From positions 186,001-250,000 of IMG/VR virus record IMGVR_UViG_3300035698_035366: a stretch of DNA of 64,000 nt, one strand, 5' to 3'. The position numbers and the translations under genes are program-made. Position 1 is the first letter of the stretch, and each line of letters starts with the position of its first letter. The notes below the pieces were generated by a model. That model was given only the letters and a program-made list of their open reading frames with translations. It was not told the origin of the DNA and ran no database searches. Positions 1-9,745 of the stretch are shown piece by piece.

Positions 1-837
1 ACCAACAGTAACAGCGCGGGCAACTTCAGCAGGCATAACATCGTAACCAACTTCTGCAAGATCCCTGCCATCGTTACCAGCAGCAACAACACAAATTATT
101 CCTGCATTGATGCAGTCATTTACAACCTGTTCTTCGGTCTTGTGTGCTGGCCCACCAAGTGATAGGTTCATAATGCTTGGGTTCATATTACCTTGAGCAC
201 GCTTATTACGGTGATGCTTTAGGCACGCATCAATTCCAGAAACGATAGCAGCAAGAGAAGCACCACCAGTTTCAAACACCTTACTAATAAGAAGATTGCA
301 TTCCTTAGCTACGCCATACTTCACCCCACCAACTGTAGATGCAACATGAGTTCCATGTCCCTGTTGATCAAACCCATAACCTGTTTGTCCTTTCTTCGCA
401 TAGTAATCGAAGATTGGAACAGCGCGGCCTTGGAAATCATTATGAGAAAAGTTACAACCAGTATCAACTATATAAACGTCAACATTTTTTCCTGTTCGGT
501 TATATTCGTATTTTCCATTAAATGGGTACCAGTTGCTATCATTCCATTCGTCACCGTGTGTAATTCTACTTAGTCCCCAATTATCACCAAAACCATATCG
601 GGAAACAGCAATATTCTGAATAGCTTTAAATTCAACAATAGCATCCGCGGGTGCGACATGTTCGATCTCTCGTTCAGTTTTCAACTTGGTCTTTTTCATA
701 TCGTCCATTGTAATTTTGAACATACGCTCTAAACCACGATAATCTTCGTCAATCGTAGCGTTATATCTAGAAGCTAGATTTTTGAATCTTTGGTTACTAC
801 AACCCATTTTAACTGTTACGATATATTCTTTGTTCAT
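1..837 (-). CDS. Subtilisin-like (S8, proteinase K-type) serine protease with N-terminal prodomain; C-terminus runs off the window
   Basis: Not in ORF track. Manual translation gives MNKEYIVTVK...NWGLSRI...GKNVDVYIVDTG...QGHGTHVASTVGG...CVVAAGNDG...PAEVARAVTVG (catalytic Asp and His motifs, oxyanion Asn); SD AGGAG upstream. Confidence 0.9.
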   Translation of the reverse strand, partial: MNKEYIVTVKMGCSNQRFKNLASRYNATIDEDYRGLERMFKITMDDMKKTKLKTEREIEHVAPADAIVEFKAIQNIAVSRYGFGDNWGLSRITHGDEWNDSNWYPFNGKYEYNRTGKNVDVYIVDTGCNFSHNDFQGRAVPIFDYYAKKGQTGYGFDQQGHGTHVASTVGGVKYGVAKECNLLISKVFETGGASLAAIVSGIDACLKHHRNKRAQGNMNPSIMNLSLGGPAHKTEEQVVNDCINAGIICVVAAGNDGRDLAEVGYDVMPAEVARAVTVG

Positions 838-885
838 ACCTGAATCTCCTTAGTCGGAATTATATAATTATTTATCATAAAAGTG

Positions 886-916
886 TTGACTTTCTATAGG
901 GATTGTTGTATAAATA
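886..916 (+). promoter_or_regulatory. Overlapping sigma70-like and T4-late-like promoter of tmRNA
   Basis: TTGACT-N17-TATAAA; the -10 box extends to TATAAATA. Confidence 0.7.
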
Positions 917-920
917 TACT

Positions 921-1218
921 TGTAAATGCTTGATGCTAATAATAGCAAATCAGGACCCGGGCTCGTTCCCGGCATCTCCACCAACACTTCGGTGGCATCT
1001 CTTTTTTATGGGGATGAAAGGTTCGACTGGTGCGTGAAAGTTTAGTTTAGTTTACATCGGATTGGTGAGCCGACCACAAAGTAACCCGTTTTAAATGCAA
1101 ACGACAATGCTCCCGTACAGGAAATGCGCCTAGCGGCCTGATCCTGGTAGGGAAATTCCGGAGACGAATGCGATCTTCGGTGGAGTTTGGAGGGCACTCA
1201 TCATCAGGAGCCCTCCGT
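921..1218 (+). ncRNA. ssrA: Circularly permuted (two-piece) tmRNA, tag ANDNAPVQEMRLAA*
   Basis: Acceptor piece ends ...CATCTCC-A-CCA at 983; coding piece starts GGGGATG at 1010 (G3:U70 Ala determinant); resume codon GCA at 1097, stop TGA at 1139-1141; 3' hairpin GGAGGGC...GCCCTCC. Confidence 0.95.
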
Positions 1219-1219
1219 T

Positions 1220-2026
1220 TTATTCCATAATTTCCAATTCAAGTTCCTCTAATAATATAGAAGAATCACTGCTTTTAGAACTATTTTCAGATACTGTTAA
1301 AAATTCGCAATTTTTTATATGTCCTATTATGGATGGGTCGATTTGATTGTTATAACCATAATGTATACTTAATCGATGATCTTTAACAACCCCACCTGGA
1401 TTATTTTTAGGATGAAACCATCCCAATTTAACCAATAAATCATATCCTTTGATTCCCTTTATATTTTCTGGTGTAATATGAAATGAACAAATAGAACGAT
1501 ATGAATGTATATCTTTTTCAGAACTGGATAAAATACGTTGTTGTTCCTCATTTAATGAGGTTATTTCGTGGTCCATAATTAATTGTAATTCTTTAATTAA
1601 TTCAGAGTATTTAGGATTGGTAATTTCTATTCTCTTTTGTATATGCTCCAATTTTCTAAACGTTGAGAAATTCCTTAAAAACATTTTTCGTATAGATTTG
1701 GTCTTGCGTTTTTGATTAAGTTTATAATAAATAGATTTTGGTATTAAATTATAGGCTAACAGCATCCTGTCCGCAAATATATAATTAGCAAACCCTACAT
1801 CCGATTGATCTATATCAATATTAAATAATGATTTTAACATTAATGATAATTCACTATGTGTTATATTAGGTAATTTCTTTTTGATAACGCCACCAAAGGA
1901 CTGATGCAAATCTGCTAACCCGTCAACTACAATTTCGGTATATGGATAATCGTTACTGTCTGAAGATAATGAACTATTAATATAGGCCCGTAGTTTGATA
2001 AATGTTTCTTTGTCGTAATTTTGCAT
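1220..2026 (-). CDS. Putative HNH-family endonuclease
   Basis: C-terminal DH-x-SI...GH..N..L...EN..K motif. Confidence 0.55.
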   Translation of the reverse strand: MQNYDKETFIKLRAYINSSLSSDSNDYPYTEIVVDGLADLHQSFGGVIKKKLPNITHSELSLMLKSLFNIDIDQSDVGFANYIFADRMLLAYNLIPKSIYYKLNQKRKTKSIRKMFLRNFSTFRKLEHIQKRIEITNPKYSELIKELQLIMDHEITSLNEEQQRILSSSEKDIHSYRSICSFHITPENIKGIKGYDLLVKLGWFHPKNNPGGVVKDHRLSIHYGYNNQIDPSIIGHIKNCEFLTVSENSSKSSDSSILLEELELEIME

Positions 2027-2312
2027 ATTGATTTCTCCAGGTTTTAATGTATAAGTAATGGAGTGGGACAGCCCTCCTCCAGGTGGGTTTTGATTGCTTC
2101 AACAATCAATTACCACTACTATTTAGTCCTTTTTTCATGACAACCCCTCCACACCCCTATATAATGCTGCACTGCCACATCTGCGCTAAACGCATGACAG
2201 TGTTGCGAAACTATGGGTTGAAATTGACTCATTTTGCTACTATATTAGTATAAATAATATTGCAGTGCAGCAATGTATTATTTGGAAAGATACCCAAAAA
2301 TATGGAGAAGAA

Positions 2313-2462
2313 ATGATGAAGATTATTAAGATTGTTAAGATGATTATAGATAAAATGGATTATGCACAGAGACGTCATGATTATGATCGTTATTTAGTTA
2401 ACGAATATGGTATGAAACGCCCAGTTACCAAATTCAACATTTATGAATTATATAGATTATAA
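2313..2462 (+). CDS. Small basic protein (DUF1127-like, tentative)
   Basis: GGAG SD before ATG 2313; MMKIIKIVKMIIDK... Confidence 0.5.
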   Translation: MMKIIKIVKMIIDKMDYAQRRHDYDRYLVNEYGMKRPVTKFNIYELYRL

Positions 2463-2473
2463 GGAGAATTATT

Positions 2474-2590
2474 ATGCGTAAATTTTTTAAAATGATTATT
2501 GATACAGTTGCTTGTTCAATGGAAAAATCAGCACAACGAAAGATTGCCCAGTTTAAGAGAGAAGGCCGTATTGGTACTTATCACGTTTAA
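2474..2590 (+). CDS. 38-aa small basic protein
   Basis: AAGGAG SD; MRKFFKMIIDTVACSMEKSAQRKIAQFKREGRIGTYHV. Confidence 0.65.
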   Translation: MRKFFKMIIDTVACSMEKSAQRKIAQFKREGRIGTYHV

Positions 2591-2619
2591 TTATATTTAA
2601 TTTAGAAGGGAGACTCAAA

Positions 2620-2715
2620 ATGAAAAAGTTTATAAAAAGTATTATTGATGCACTTATTGAGGGACGTTCAAAGCGTGTACAATATATGATAAAGCATAGA
2701 ATTTATATTGATTAA
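2620..2715 (+). CDS. 31-aa small basic protein
   Basis: GGGAG SD; MKKFIKSIIDALIEGRSKRVQYMIKHRIYID. Confidence 0.65.
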   Translation: MKKFIKSIIDALIEGRSKRVQYMIKHRIYID

Positions 2716-2778
2716 GTTGTATGTGGTCTAAAAAATAGAAGCTTAAATAATATATAGCTTTATTCTATGGACTAATAT

Positions 2779-3213
2779 ATGAAACCGAAAAATAAGAATA
2801 TCAATTTAAAACAAAAACTTCTTTCGGCGTTTGGTATAACTTTATGGATCAACCGCAGGAAAAGAATAACCGAAACACATAACGAAACGTTTTTAAAACA
2901 AGCGCATGATGCAAATCAAACACCAGAACGTATTGATAAAACTCTAGCTGCAATTAAAGCCGCTTGGTTACAATCACCCCATGCCCCCCTTGGTCATGTA
3001 CTATCATGGATTGCATCCGATGACCCACGTAAGCGCGGGAATCATAGAGTACCAATGGATTATAGCTTGCAAACTGGGGTTTATGCTTTGTGGGATGTCA
3101 ATGATAAGGAATTGCGAGAACTGGCAACCAAATGGAAAAATAGGCAACAGTCCCGCCCGCGCCGTAAGAAACCATATGGAAAATTTCCAAGAGTAAAATC
3201 TATTGACCCTTGA
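2779..3213 (+). CDS. Hypothetical protein
   Basis: ORF track; preceded by TAAATA motif. Confidence 0.6.
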   Translation: MKPKNKNINLKQKLLSAFGITLWINRRKRITETHNETFLKQAHDANQTPERIDKTLAAIKAAWLQSPHAPLGHVLSWIASDDPRKRGNHRVPMDYSLQTGVYALWDVNDKELRELATKWKNRQQSRPRRKKPYGKFPRVKSIDP

Positions 3214-3244
3214 CAGTCCGCAATTATTATAATATAATATATTT

Positions 3245-3565
3245 ATGAGTTATAATTTATTCCTTGACGACGAGCGATTCCCGCCCGATGATCCCAGAGA
3301 TTGGGTTATTCAACGGAGTTTCGCTACGGCTGTTCATTTCGTTTGCAAGAATGGATTTCCTTCGTTTGTGAGTTTTGATCACGACCTGGGAGATTCTGCC
3401 CCACAAACAGGATATGACTTTGCGAAGTGGCTTGTTGAGCGAGATATTGATTATGGTGACCTACCTGATGATTTTTCGTTCGTAGTACATAGCGCAAATC
3501 CAGTAGGCGCAAAGAACATCCAGATGTATCTTGATAATTATTTAAGAGTTAGGAAAAATGGCTAG
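3245..3565 (+). CDS. Cyclic-phosphate processing receiver-domain protein
   Basis: LFLDDER...SFDHDLG...TGYDFAKWL...VHSANPVG motifs. Confidence 0.8.
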   Translation: MSYNLFLDDERFPPDDPRDWVIQRSFATAVHFVCKNGFPSFVSFDHDLGDSAPQTGYDFAKWLVERDIDYGDLPDDFSFVVHSANPVGAKNIQMYLDNYLRVRKNG

Positions 3566-4013
3566 TCTTAGTGAACTAAACCGGATTGAATACTTTTCCG
3601 AGGATATGGAGAATGGTAATTATACTATCATTGTCCATCAATACATGTTTGGGCAGTTGCGAATTCAATTGACTGATCTTCGCAAGCGTGATCCATATGC
3701 CCCAGAAGGCCACGGTGGTATTGTACGTGAGCTCGATACGTATCATGCTGGAACGGCGTCGGGTGCATGTATGAATCTTAGCGAAGCCGAAGATCCTGAG
3801 CAGTGGTGTATCGAGCAAGAGCGAGACTGGAATTGTGAAATGTCCGCTGATGGACCACTGGCCGGTGATAGGATCCGATTGGACGAAACGCAAGAATCAA
3901 ACCCATATCGCCGTTGTGGAGTTCAAGATTTTACTCCCAATGCATATCCAATCCATTTCCCTGGTGTCCGGCAGCAGACAAAAGGTAAGAAAGAACTAAA
4001 AACGCAGGCATAA
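3558..4013 (+). CDS. Hypothetical protein
   Basis: ORF track, overlaps the upstream stop. Confidence 0.6.
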   Translation: MASLSELNRIEYFSEDMENGNYTIIVHQYMFGQLRIQLTDLRKRDPYAPEGHGGIVRELDTYHAGTASGACMNLSEAEDPEQWCIEQERDWNCEMSADGPLAGDRIRLDETQESNPYRRCGVQDFTPNAYPIHFPGVRQQTKGKKELKTQA

Positions 4014-4038
4014 ATAATAAAAAGAGGGAATTTTTATT

Positions 4039-4299
4039 ATGACACCAAAGCAAATGAGAAAAGAGCTTGACAGCCTCCAAGAAGGCATGTACGACCAAAA
4101 GAAGAAGTCTCGCCCGGCAGCTTTACCTGCAAACCCGGCGACCAACGATGTTTTCATTGATCGCAGTATGGAACACCCCGATAAAATAGCCATCACTCTC
4201 AAGGGCCGAACTGCCCTAGTCGATGCTGATAAAATAACAAAAATAATCGAAAAACTAGAAAATCTGTTAAAGGAAATCGACGATGGAGCAGATCAATAA
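4039..4299 (+). CDS. Hypothetical protein (late-type promoter)
   Basis: ORF track; CATAAATA upstream. Confidence 0.6.
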   Translation: MTPKQMRKELDSLQEGMYDQKKKSRPAALPANPATNDVFIDRSMEHPDKIAITLKGRTALVDADKITKIIEKLENLLKEIDDGADQ

Positions 4300-4472
4300 C
4301 GGAACAATAACGTTTTCGTACTCAAACCAAGACATTGAATTTTCAGGAGTTCTTGAGCAACTACGATTAGAACTCACACCTGATATATACCAACGTATCC
4401 CGGGAGCAGACCCAAAAAATTGTTATGAATAGGGGTTGACAAATTAATTAATAATTTGTATAATATGGTATT

Positions 4473-5132
4473 ATGAATACACCAGAAAAATATCCTAGGA
4501 CTTTACATTGGCCTGAAAGTGAAACTATTCACGCCGATGATAAGACCCACACCGATCCAGAATTTTTTATCGGCAAGCAAGTCGTAATAACAGAGAAACT
4601 AGACGGCGGGAATACCTGTCTCTATAATGGTAAGGCATATGCCCGATCAACCACAATGGAAGCTGGTGATGGGTGGTTTGCGATGGTCAAAAAGCATCAT
4701 GCATGGAAGACTACAAACATTGATCGCTATGCCTATTATGGTGAGGATTTATATGGCATTCATTCTATTGAGTATGATGCACTGGATGAGGGAGAAACGT
4801 TTCGTCTATTCGCTGTTCTCGACAATGAGACTAATATGTTTTTGCCTTGGGAAGAAGTCGTTCAACATGCGGTACAGAATGATTTCCTTACGGTTCCTGT
4901 AATTCACCCAGGTGGAGTATTTTTCAGTGTTCAGGAGATTACGGATTGGTTTAAGGTTGCAATGGAATATGGTTCAGAACTCGGAGATACTACTGAAGGT
5001 TTTGTTCTTCGACTAGCAGATGAAATACCATTTGATAAATTTGGTATTCAAGCATGTAAGTATGTCCGCAGAAATCATGTTCAAACTGATCAGCATTGGA
5101 GGAAAAACTGGAAGGCCTGTAAATTAACATGA
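4473..5132 (+). CDS. ATP-dependent RNA ligase family protein
   Basis: KYPRT.H.P, TEKLDGGN (motif I), YGE, EGFVLR, KYVR; TTGACA-N17-TATAAT promoter upstream. Confidence 0.85.
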   Translation: MNTPEKYPRTLHWPESETIHADDKTHTDPEFFIGKQVVITEKLDGGNTCLYNGKAYARSTTMEAGDGWFAMVKKHHAWKTTNIDRYAYYGEDLYGIHSIEYDALDEGETFRLFAVLDNETNMFLPWEEVVQHAVQNDFLTVPVIHPGGVFFSVQEITDWFKVAMEYGSELGDTTEGFVLRLADEIPFDKFGIQACKYVRRNHVQTDQHWRKNWKACKLT

Positions 5133-5461
5133 TGTTACCTGATACCCGAATTATGTGTAATAAGGCGGAATGTAGAACGTGCGGGGATATTATTGAGAGT
5201 CGTCACCGTCATGATTATGTTACATGTTCTTGTTCTTCAATTTCTATCGATGGTGGGAAAGATTATCTTAAACGTGTAGGAAATGTTATAGTTGATCTTA
5301 TTGATCTATCGGAACATGAAAGATATTTCCGAAAGCCTTATGAATGGTCAGCCCGCGACGAAGATGTCGAAAAATGGATGATTGAAAATGGATTTCCTTT
5401 AGATGGCAACTGGGATATCGAGCATTATACTCTTTATAAATTAACATGGGGAGACTGGTGA
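5129..5461 (+). CDS. Zn-ribbon protein (CxxC...CxC...DGG) with C-terminal YKLTW tail
   Basis: ORF track motifs. Confidence 0.65.
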   Translation: MMLPDTRIMCNKAECRTCGDIIESRHRHDYVTCSCSSISIDGGKDYLKRVGNVIVDLIDLSEHERYFRKPYEWSARDEDVEKWMIENGFPLDGNWDIEHYTLYKLTWGDW

Positions 5462-5464
5462 GAA

Positions 5465-5812
5465 ATGCTAGTCCCTGGCCGAAGGCTTACCCGTAATGCT
5501 GCTAGATGTAACAATTGCGGTAATCTTTTAGAAAGCACACCGACAGCCTTGAAGCAAAAATGTTCGTGTGGTGCCTTAACCGTATCTGGCGGATACGACC
5601 ATACACATCGACAATATAGTGGACCACTAGATTCAATGTTCCCCAAGTTTTATGAATTATCAGAATATAGTTGGAATTTTGATATTTGGGAAGTGGGAAC
5701 GGTTAGCCATCAATTTAAAGTGGCTGAGTGGATCAAGGAAAACGGTTTCCCTGAAGATGGAAATTGGAGTAAAGAACAAAAAGTTCTTTTTACATTATCC
5801 TATGGTATTTAA
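5465..5812 (+). CDS. Paralogous Zn-ribbon protein
   Basis: CNNC...CSCG...SGG; WIKENGFPEDGNW shared with the upstream ORF. Confidence 0.65.
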   Translation: MLVPGRRLTRNAARCNNCGNLLESTPTALKQKCSCGALTVSGGYDHTHRQYSGPLDSMFPKFYELSEYSWNFDIWEVGTVSHQFKVAEWIKENGFPEDGNWSKEQKVLFTLSYGI

Positions 5813-6029
5813 ACTAAACGGTAAATATTTTTCAGGTAGTAACGTGGTGTGGTTAAAAGACGGTGTTTTACACAAAACTACTGGACCGGCGGTCGAACGA
5901 GTGGATGGAAGTTCGTTGTGGTTTGTAAATGGGAACGAAATACCCAATGAATGGATTGCGGAAAATATCAAGAACACGAAGGATGTAAATAAGGAAGAAC
6001 AAGTATTATTGAAATTGACTTGGAGTTAA
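5802..6029 (+). CDS. Small protein with LH..GPAV repeat unit and LKLTW tail
   Basis: Probable start ATG 5802 inside ORF 5652..6029. Confidence 0.55.
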   Translation: MVFKLNGKYFSGSNVVWLKDGVLHKTTGPAVERVDGSSLWFVNGNEIPNEWIAENIKNTKDVNKEEQVLLKLTWS

Positions 6030-6033
6030 GCAT

Positions 6034-6972
6034 ATGTCAAGCATCGATGGCGGTAAGCCTCCTTACCAAGGTATTAGAACGTTTATGCGTTCAACTTATA
6101 CACAGGATTTAACGGATGTTGATATTGCTGTAATTGGCATTCCTTTAGATTTAGGGACGACTAATCGCCCAGGAACACGGATGGGACCAGCTGATATACG
6201 TGATGTTAGTTTGCGACGTTGTTCCGGTGACAATCCCCGTTATGGGTGTAATCCCGTTAATTATGCAAAGATTGTAGACTATGGTGATCTTAATTTGGTA
6301 CTTGGTGATATTACAAAAAGCGTTGATTTAATTTCTATCCAAATGGAACAAATCTTAAAATCTGGAGTTCATCCGGTTATACTTGGGGGTGACCACACTA
6401 TCACTTATCCAATCCTAAAAGCGTTTTATCAACAAAATCAACAGCCAATGGCCATCGTCCATTTTGATGCTCATCATGATTATTGGTCAGAAAACTATGG
6501 CGCACCAATTGCCCATGGAACATGGCTTTATCATGCAGTACAGGAAGGGTTGGTTGATGTAGAGAATTCTTTCATGCTTGGTATACGTTGCCCTTCGGAA
6601 CCAACCCACGTTGAAAATCTCCGAAACTTGGGGATGACAGTTTGGGATTACGATTTTGTCCATGAGAAAGGAATGGCCGAAATTGCTCGAAGAATAGATT
6701 TCAAATTAAATGACACACCAGTTTATCTTACCTTCGATGTTGATGGACTCGATCCAGCTTATGCTCCAGGAACCGGAACGCCTGAACCGGGAGGATTTAC
6801 TACTCAAGAAGCAATGCTCCTTTTACATGGTTTAAGAAATCTAAACTGGAAAGGTATGGACGTTGTTGAGGTTTCTCCGATGTATGATGTTGGTCAAATA
6901 ACTAGCCTAGCGGCATGTTCAATAGCATGGAACTATATTTCTGGTATAGCACCAAGTATTGGTACCAAATAA
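6034..6972 (+). CDS. speB: Agmatinase (ureohydrolase family)
   Basis: GGDHTIT, DAHHD, TFDVDGLDPAYAPGTGTPEPGG, DVVEVSP motifs. Confidence 0.9.
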   Translation: MSSIDGGKPPYQGIRTFMRSTYTQDLTDVDIAVIGIPLDLGTTNRPGTRMGPADIRDVSLRRCSGDNPRYGCNPVNYAKIVDYGDLNLVLGDITKSVDLISIQMEQILKSGVHPVILGGDHTITYPILKAFYQQNQQPMAIVHFDAHHDYWSENYGAPIAHGTWLYHAVQEGLVDVENSFMLGIRCPSEPTHVENLRNLGMTVWDYDFVHEKGMAEIARRIDFKLNDTPVYLTFDVDGLDPAYAPGTGTPEPGGFTTQEAMLLLHGLRNLNWKGMDVVEVSPMYDVGQITSLAACSIAWNYISGIAPSIGTK

Positions 6973-8769
6973 AATGCAGATCTTCGACGATTATTATGTT
7001 GTTAGGCTTGTTGAACGCACTGACCACCGAGATTATAATCAAGATGATTTTGATTACGTAACTGCGGCTCAGAAATGGTTGCTAGAAAAGAAAGAAGACC
7101 TGGATTCCGATGAAGATGAATGGGATTTTATATGGTATGGCGCAGAATTCCATTTTAGAAAAAAAGAAAACGCCATAGAATTCAAGTTGATTTTTGGTTA
7201 AAAGTGTGTATAATGGAAATTGAAAATATTGGTGTTTATAAAATAATATTACTTGCCCGCAGTGATGATTTACCGTTTGACCGAGCTAGGCGAATAAGAG
7301 AAGCTAGACAATGGTGTGAAGATCTTAGAACAGAGTTAAGGGATATAGGATGGATTTGCCACTTTTTTGGCTCTGAATTTAATTTCCAGCGGAAAGAAGA
7401 TGCAGTTGAATTTAAATTGATGTTTGGATGACTTTGAATATTAGCACATATATGCCACAACCAATGATGTTACCGTGGGTTGAGAACCTTAAACATACTG
7501 AGTATTACCGACCCTGTCCTAGGTATTTTTGGTGGAAAGTTTTGAAAGAGTTTCCATGCTGTTTAATAAAACCAATAATAACAATCCAGTATCCAAAAAT
7601 TGCAGCTTACATGATAATGCCAACTAAAATAATAGATCTACCATCAGAGATAGTATATTGGATATTTGAAAATGTTAATCATCCATATTATATGATTCTT
7701 GATGAAGAGGAAATATTTAGATTTTACTTTACCGACCAAGAAGAAGCACTTTGGTTTAAGCTTAAATTTGGATAATGGAAGATCACCGCAATGCGTATTA
7801 GAGACATTATAAAATTGAGAGTGGTATATTACGTTGGCCCATCAAAACCAACTCTTGTTGCAGACGGAACAGTTGTAGATATCGGAACATATTCTATTAT
7901 GAATATACGAAAGGGTGAGGCTGATTTATCTTCTGGTAGATTTAAGAATTTCCTACCACCGCCACATCATACATCTGATAATGAACTTTTAAAATATTCG
8001 GTATTATGTCCCCGTTTTCAATTTAGCCATATTCTTGAATGGGCACAGAATACGGACGGGAAATGGTTTTCAGATTTCTATAATATTGGCCCAAAAGAGC
8101 ATTCATTTGAAATGTTCTTTGAAATGCAATCAGACGTGTTACTTTTTAGACTGATGTTTCCAGAAGGAATTTATCTAGAATGATCGTAATAACCAAAATT
8201 TGTAAAGATATTATGGCGGGTGGTAACTATTCAAAGCCAGTGGCAGGTTTTTGGTTAATGGTAATATTATTATCCGTAGTCATTCATTCGATAACAACAG
8301 ATGAATCGGCTTATTTATTCCCGCTATTAGTATTCTCAGCAATTATTGTGTCATTCATGTTGGTATTCCAAATATCGCTCGATCGAATTATTCTTGGTCC
8401 AAGAATAATGGGAGATGATTTAAGTTTTACTCCTAGATTTTCCCCATTTTTCTATTACTTAATAGAGAAAGACAACTTAAACAATAAGATAAAAGAATGG
8501 GCCAACACCGGGTGTGAAGGAGATTGCATCGTTGGGCATACGTATATTTTATTCCAGAAAAAATCGGATATTATTATGTATAAATTGGCGTTCATAGAAT
8601 GAACAAATCAAATCAAATATATATGGTCAAACGAGAAAACGTTGATGAGTCTACTATCAACGAGTGGGCCAAAACTACGTGTGAGGAAAAATGGACCATT
8701 ACTGAGAACTATGTCTTGTTTCGAAGCTATTCCGATGTTACAATGTTTAAATTGGTATTCACGGAGTAA
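6959..8769 (+). CDS. Run of six small paralogous ORFs ending in a 'DAxxFKL'-type motif (6959, 7204, 7428, 7791, 8180, 8599)
   Basis: ORF track plus unlisted ORF 8599..8769 (..SDVTMFKLVFTE). Confidence 0.7.
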
Positions 8770-8772
8770 TTA

Positions 8773-9132
8773 ATGATATCGCTTTTTACACGTCATTTAA
8801 TGAATAATAATTTTACACTGGAACTTCGGAAATGTGCTGGGTATGGTCGCCCCTCGTATACAGAGGTTCTTAGAACACTAACTCGAGACGAACAAGAATT
8901 AAAGGGTGGTAGATAGTTAATAAATCTACCACCTTCCGATGCTAATAAAAAGAAATTGGGATTCAAGGTATGTGTTGACGGGAATTTTAAATTACCAGAC
9001 ATGCTTGAATGGATTTTTAACAATGTTGAGAATAAATGGACCATTGATTTCTTTGTGATAGACTCGGTTATATACGATGTGTTTTTTGAAGATGTGAACG
9101 ATGCTGTATTTTGTAGGATGGTGTTACCATGA
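8773..9132 (+). pseudogene. FKL-family ORF with one in-frame TAG (8914-8916)
   Basis: ...ELKGGR*LINLPPSD...FFEDVNDAVFCRMVLP; frame otherwise open and ATGA-coupled to the next gene. Confidence 0.6.
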
Positions 9133-9730
9133 GAGCATATAAGTATTTATGTAAATCATTGTTAGATCGATATATTATAATATTTTGGTCTTTATATTTT
9201 GTTGTATGCATGATTGCATTATCAGTATGTTTTGACAAAACAGGGTCAGATTTCTGGTCAGCGTTATTACCTGCAATATTATTGCCTACTGTTGGCATAA
9301 TAGTTCAATTGATGATGTTTTCTAACGGATTGAAGTTTTATATACAACGCCGCGATGATATTAATGGAAATCCGGGTATATTCAAAATATACAGCCTGGC
9401 TCTTTTATATTATATGATAGAAAGTGGTGAAATGAATGGAATAGATTTTTTAGATTGGTCTAAAGAATACTGTGAGGGAAAATATATTCTTGGACGGAAA
9501 CATGTATTCTTCCAGAAGGAAACAGATGCAACACTATTTAGGCTTACAGTTTTATGAAGGTTTATAGATATATTTTTAATTTAATAAACAAAGATACTGT
9601 GAAGTATTTTTGTATAACTATGAGTCTGATCATTATTATAGCTTCGTCGTTAGTAATTTCTTATTTTCAAAACATTGACAGAAATTCAGCCGTCATGTTT
9701 AAACTTTTCTGGGGAACAGAAGAAAGTTGA
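9129..9730 (+). CDS. Two membrane-associated FKL-family ORFs (9129..9557 and 9554..9730)
   Basis: Hydrophobic N-termini; tails DATLFRL and SAVMFKLFW. Confidence 0.6.
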
Positions 9731-9745
9731 CAACCCAATTAAATA

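Noticed and set aside
339-573. Plus-strand ORFs at 339 and 346
   Set aside because: Antisense to the S8 protease, which has clear catalytic motifs
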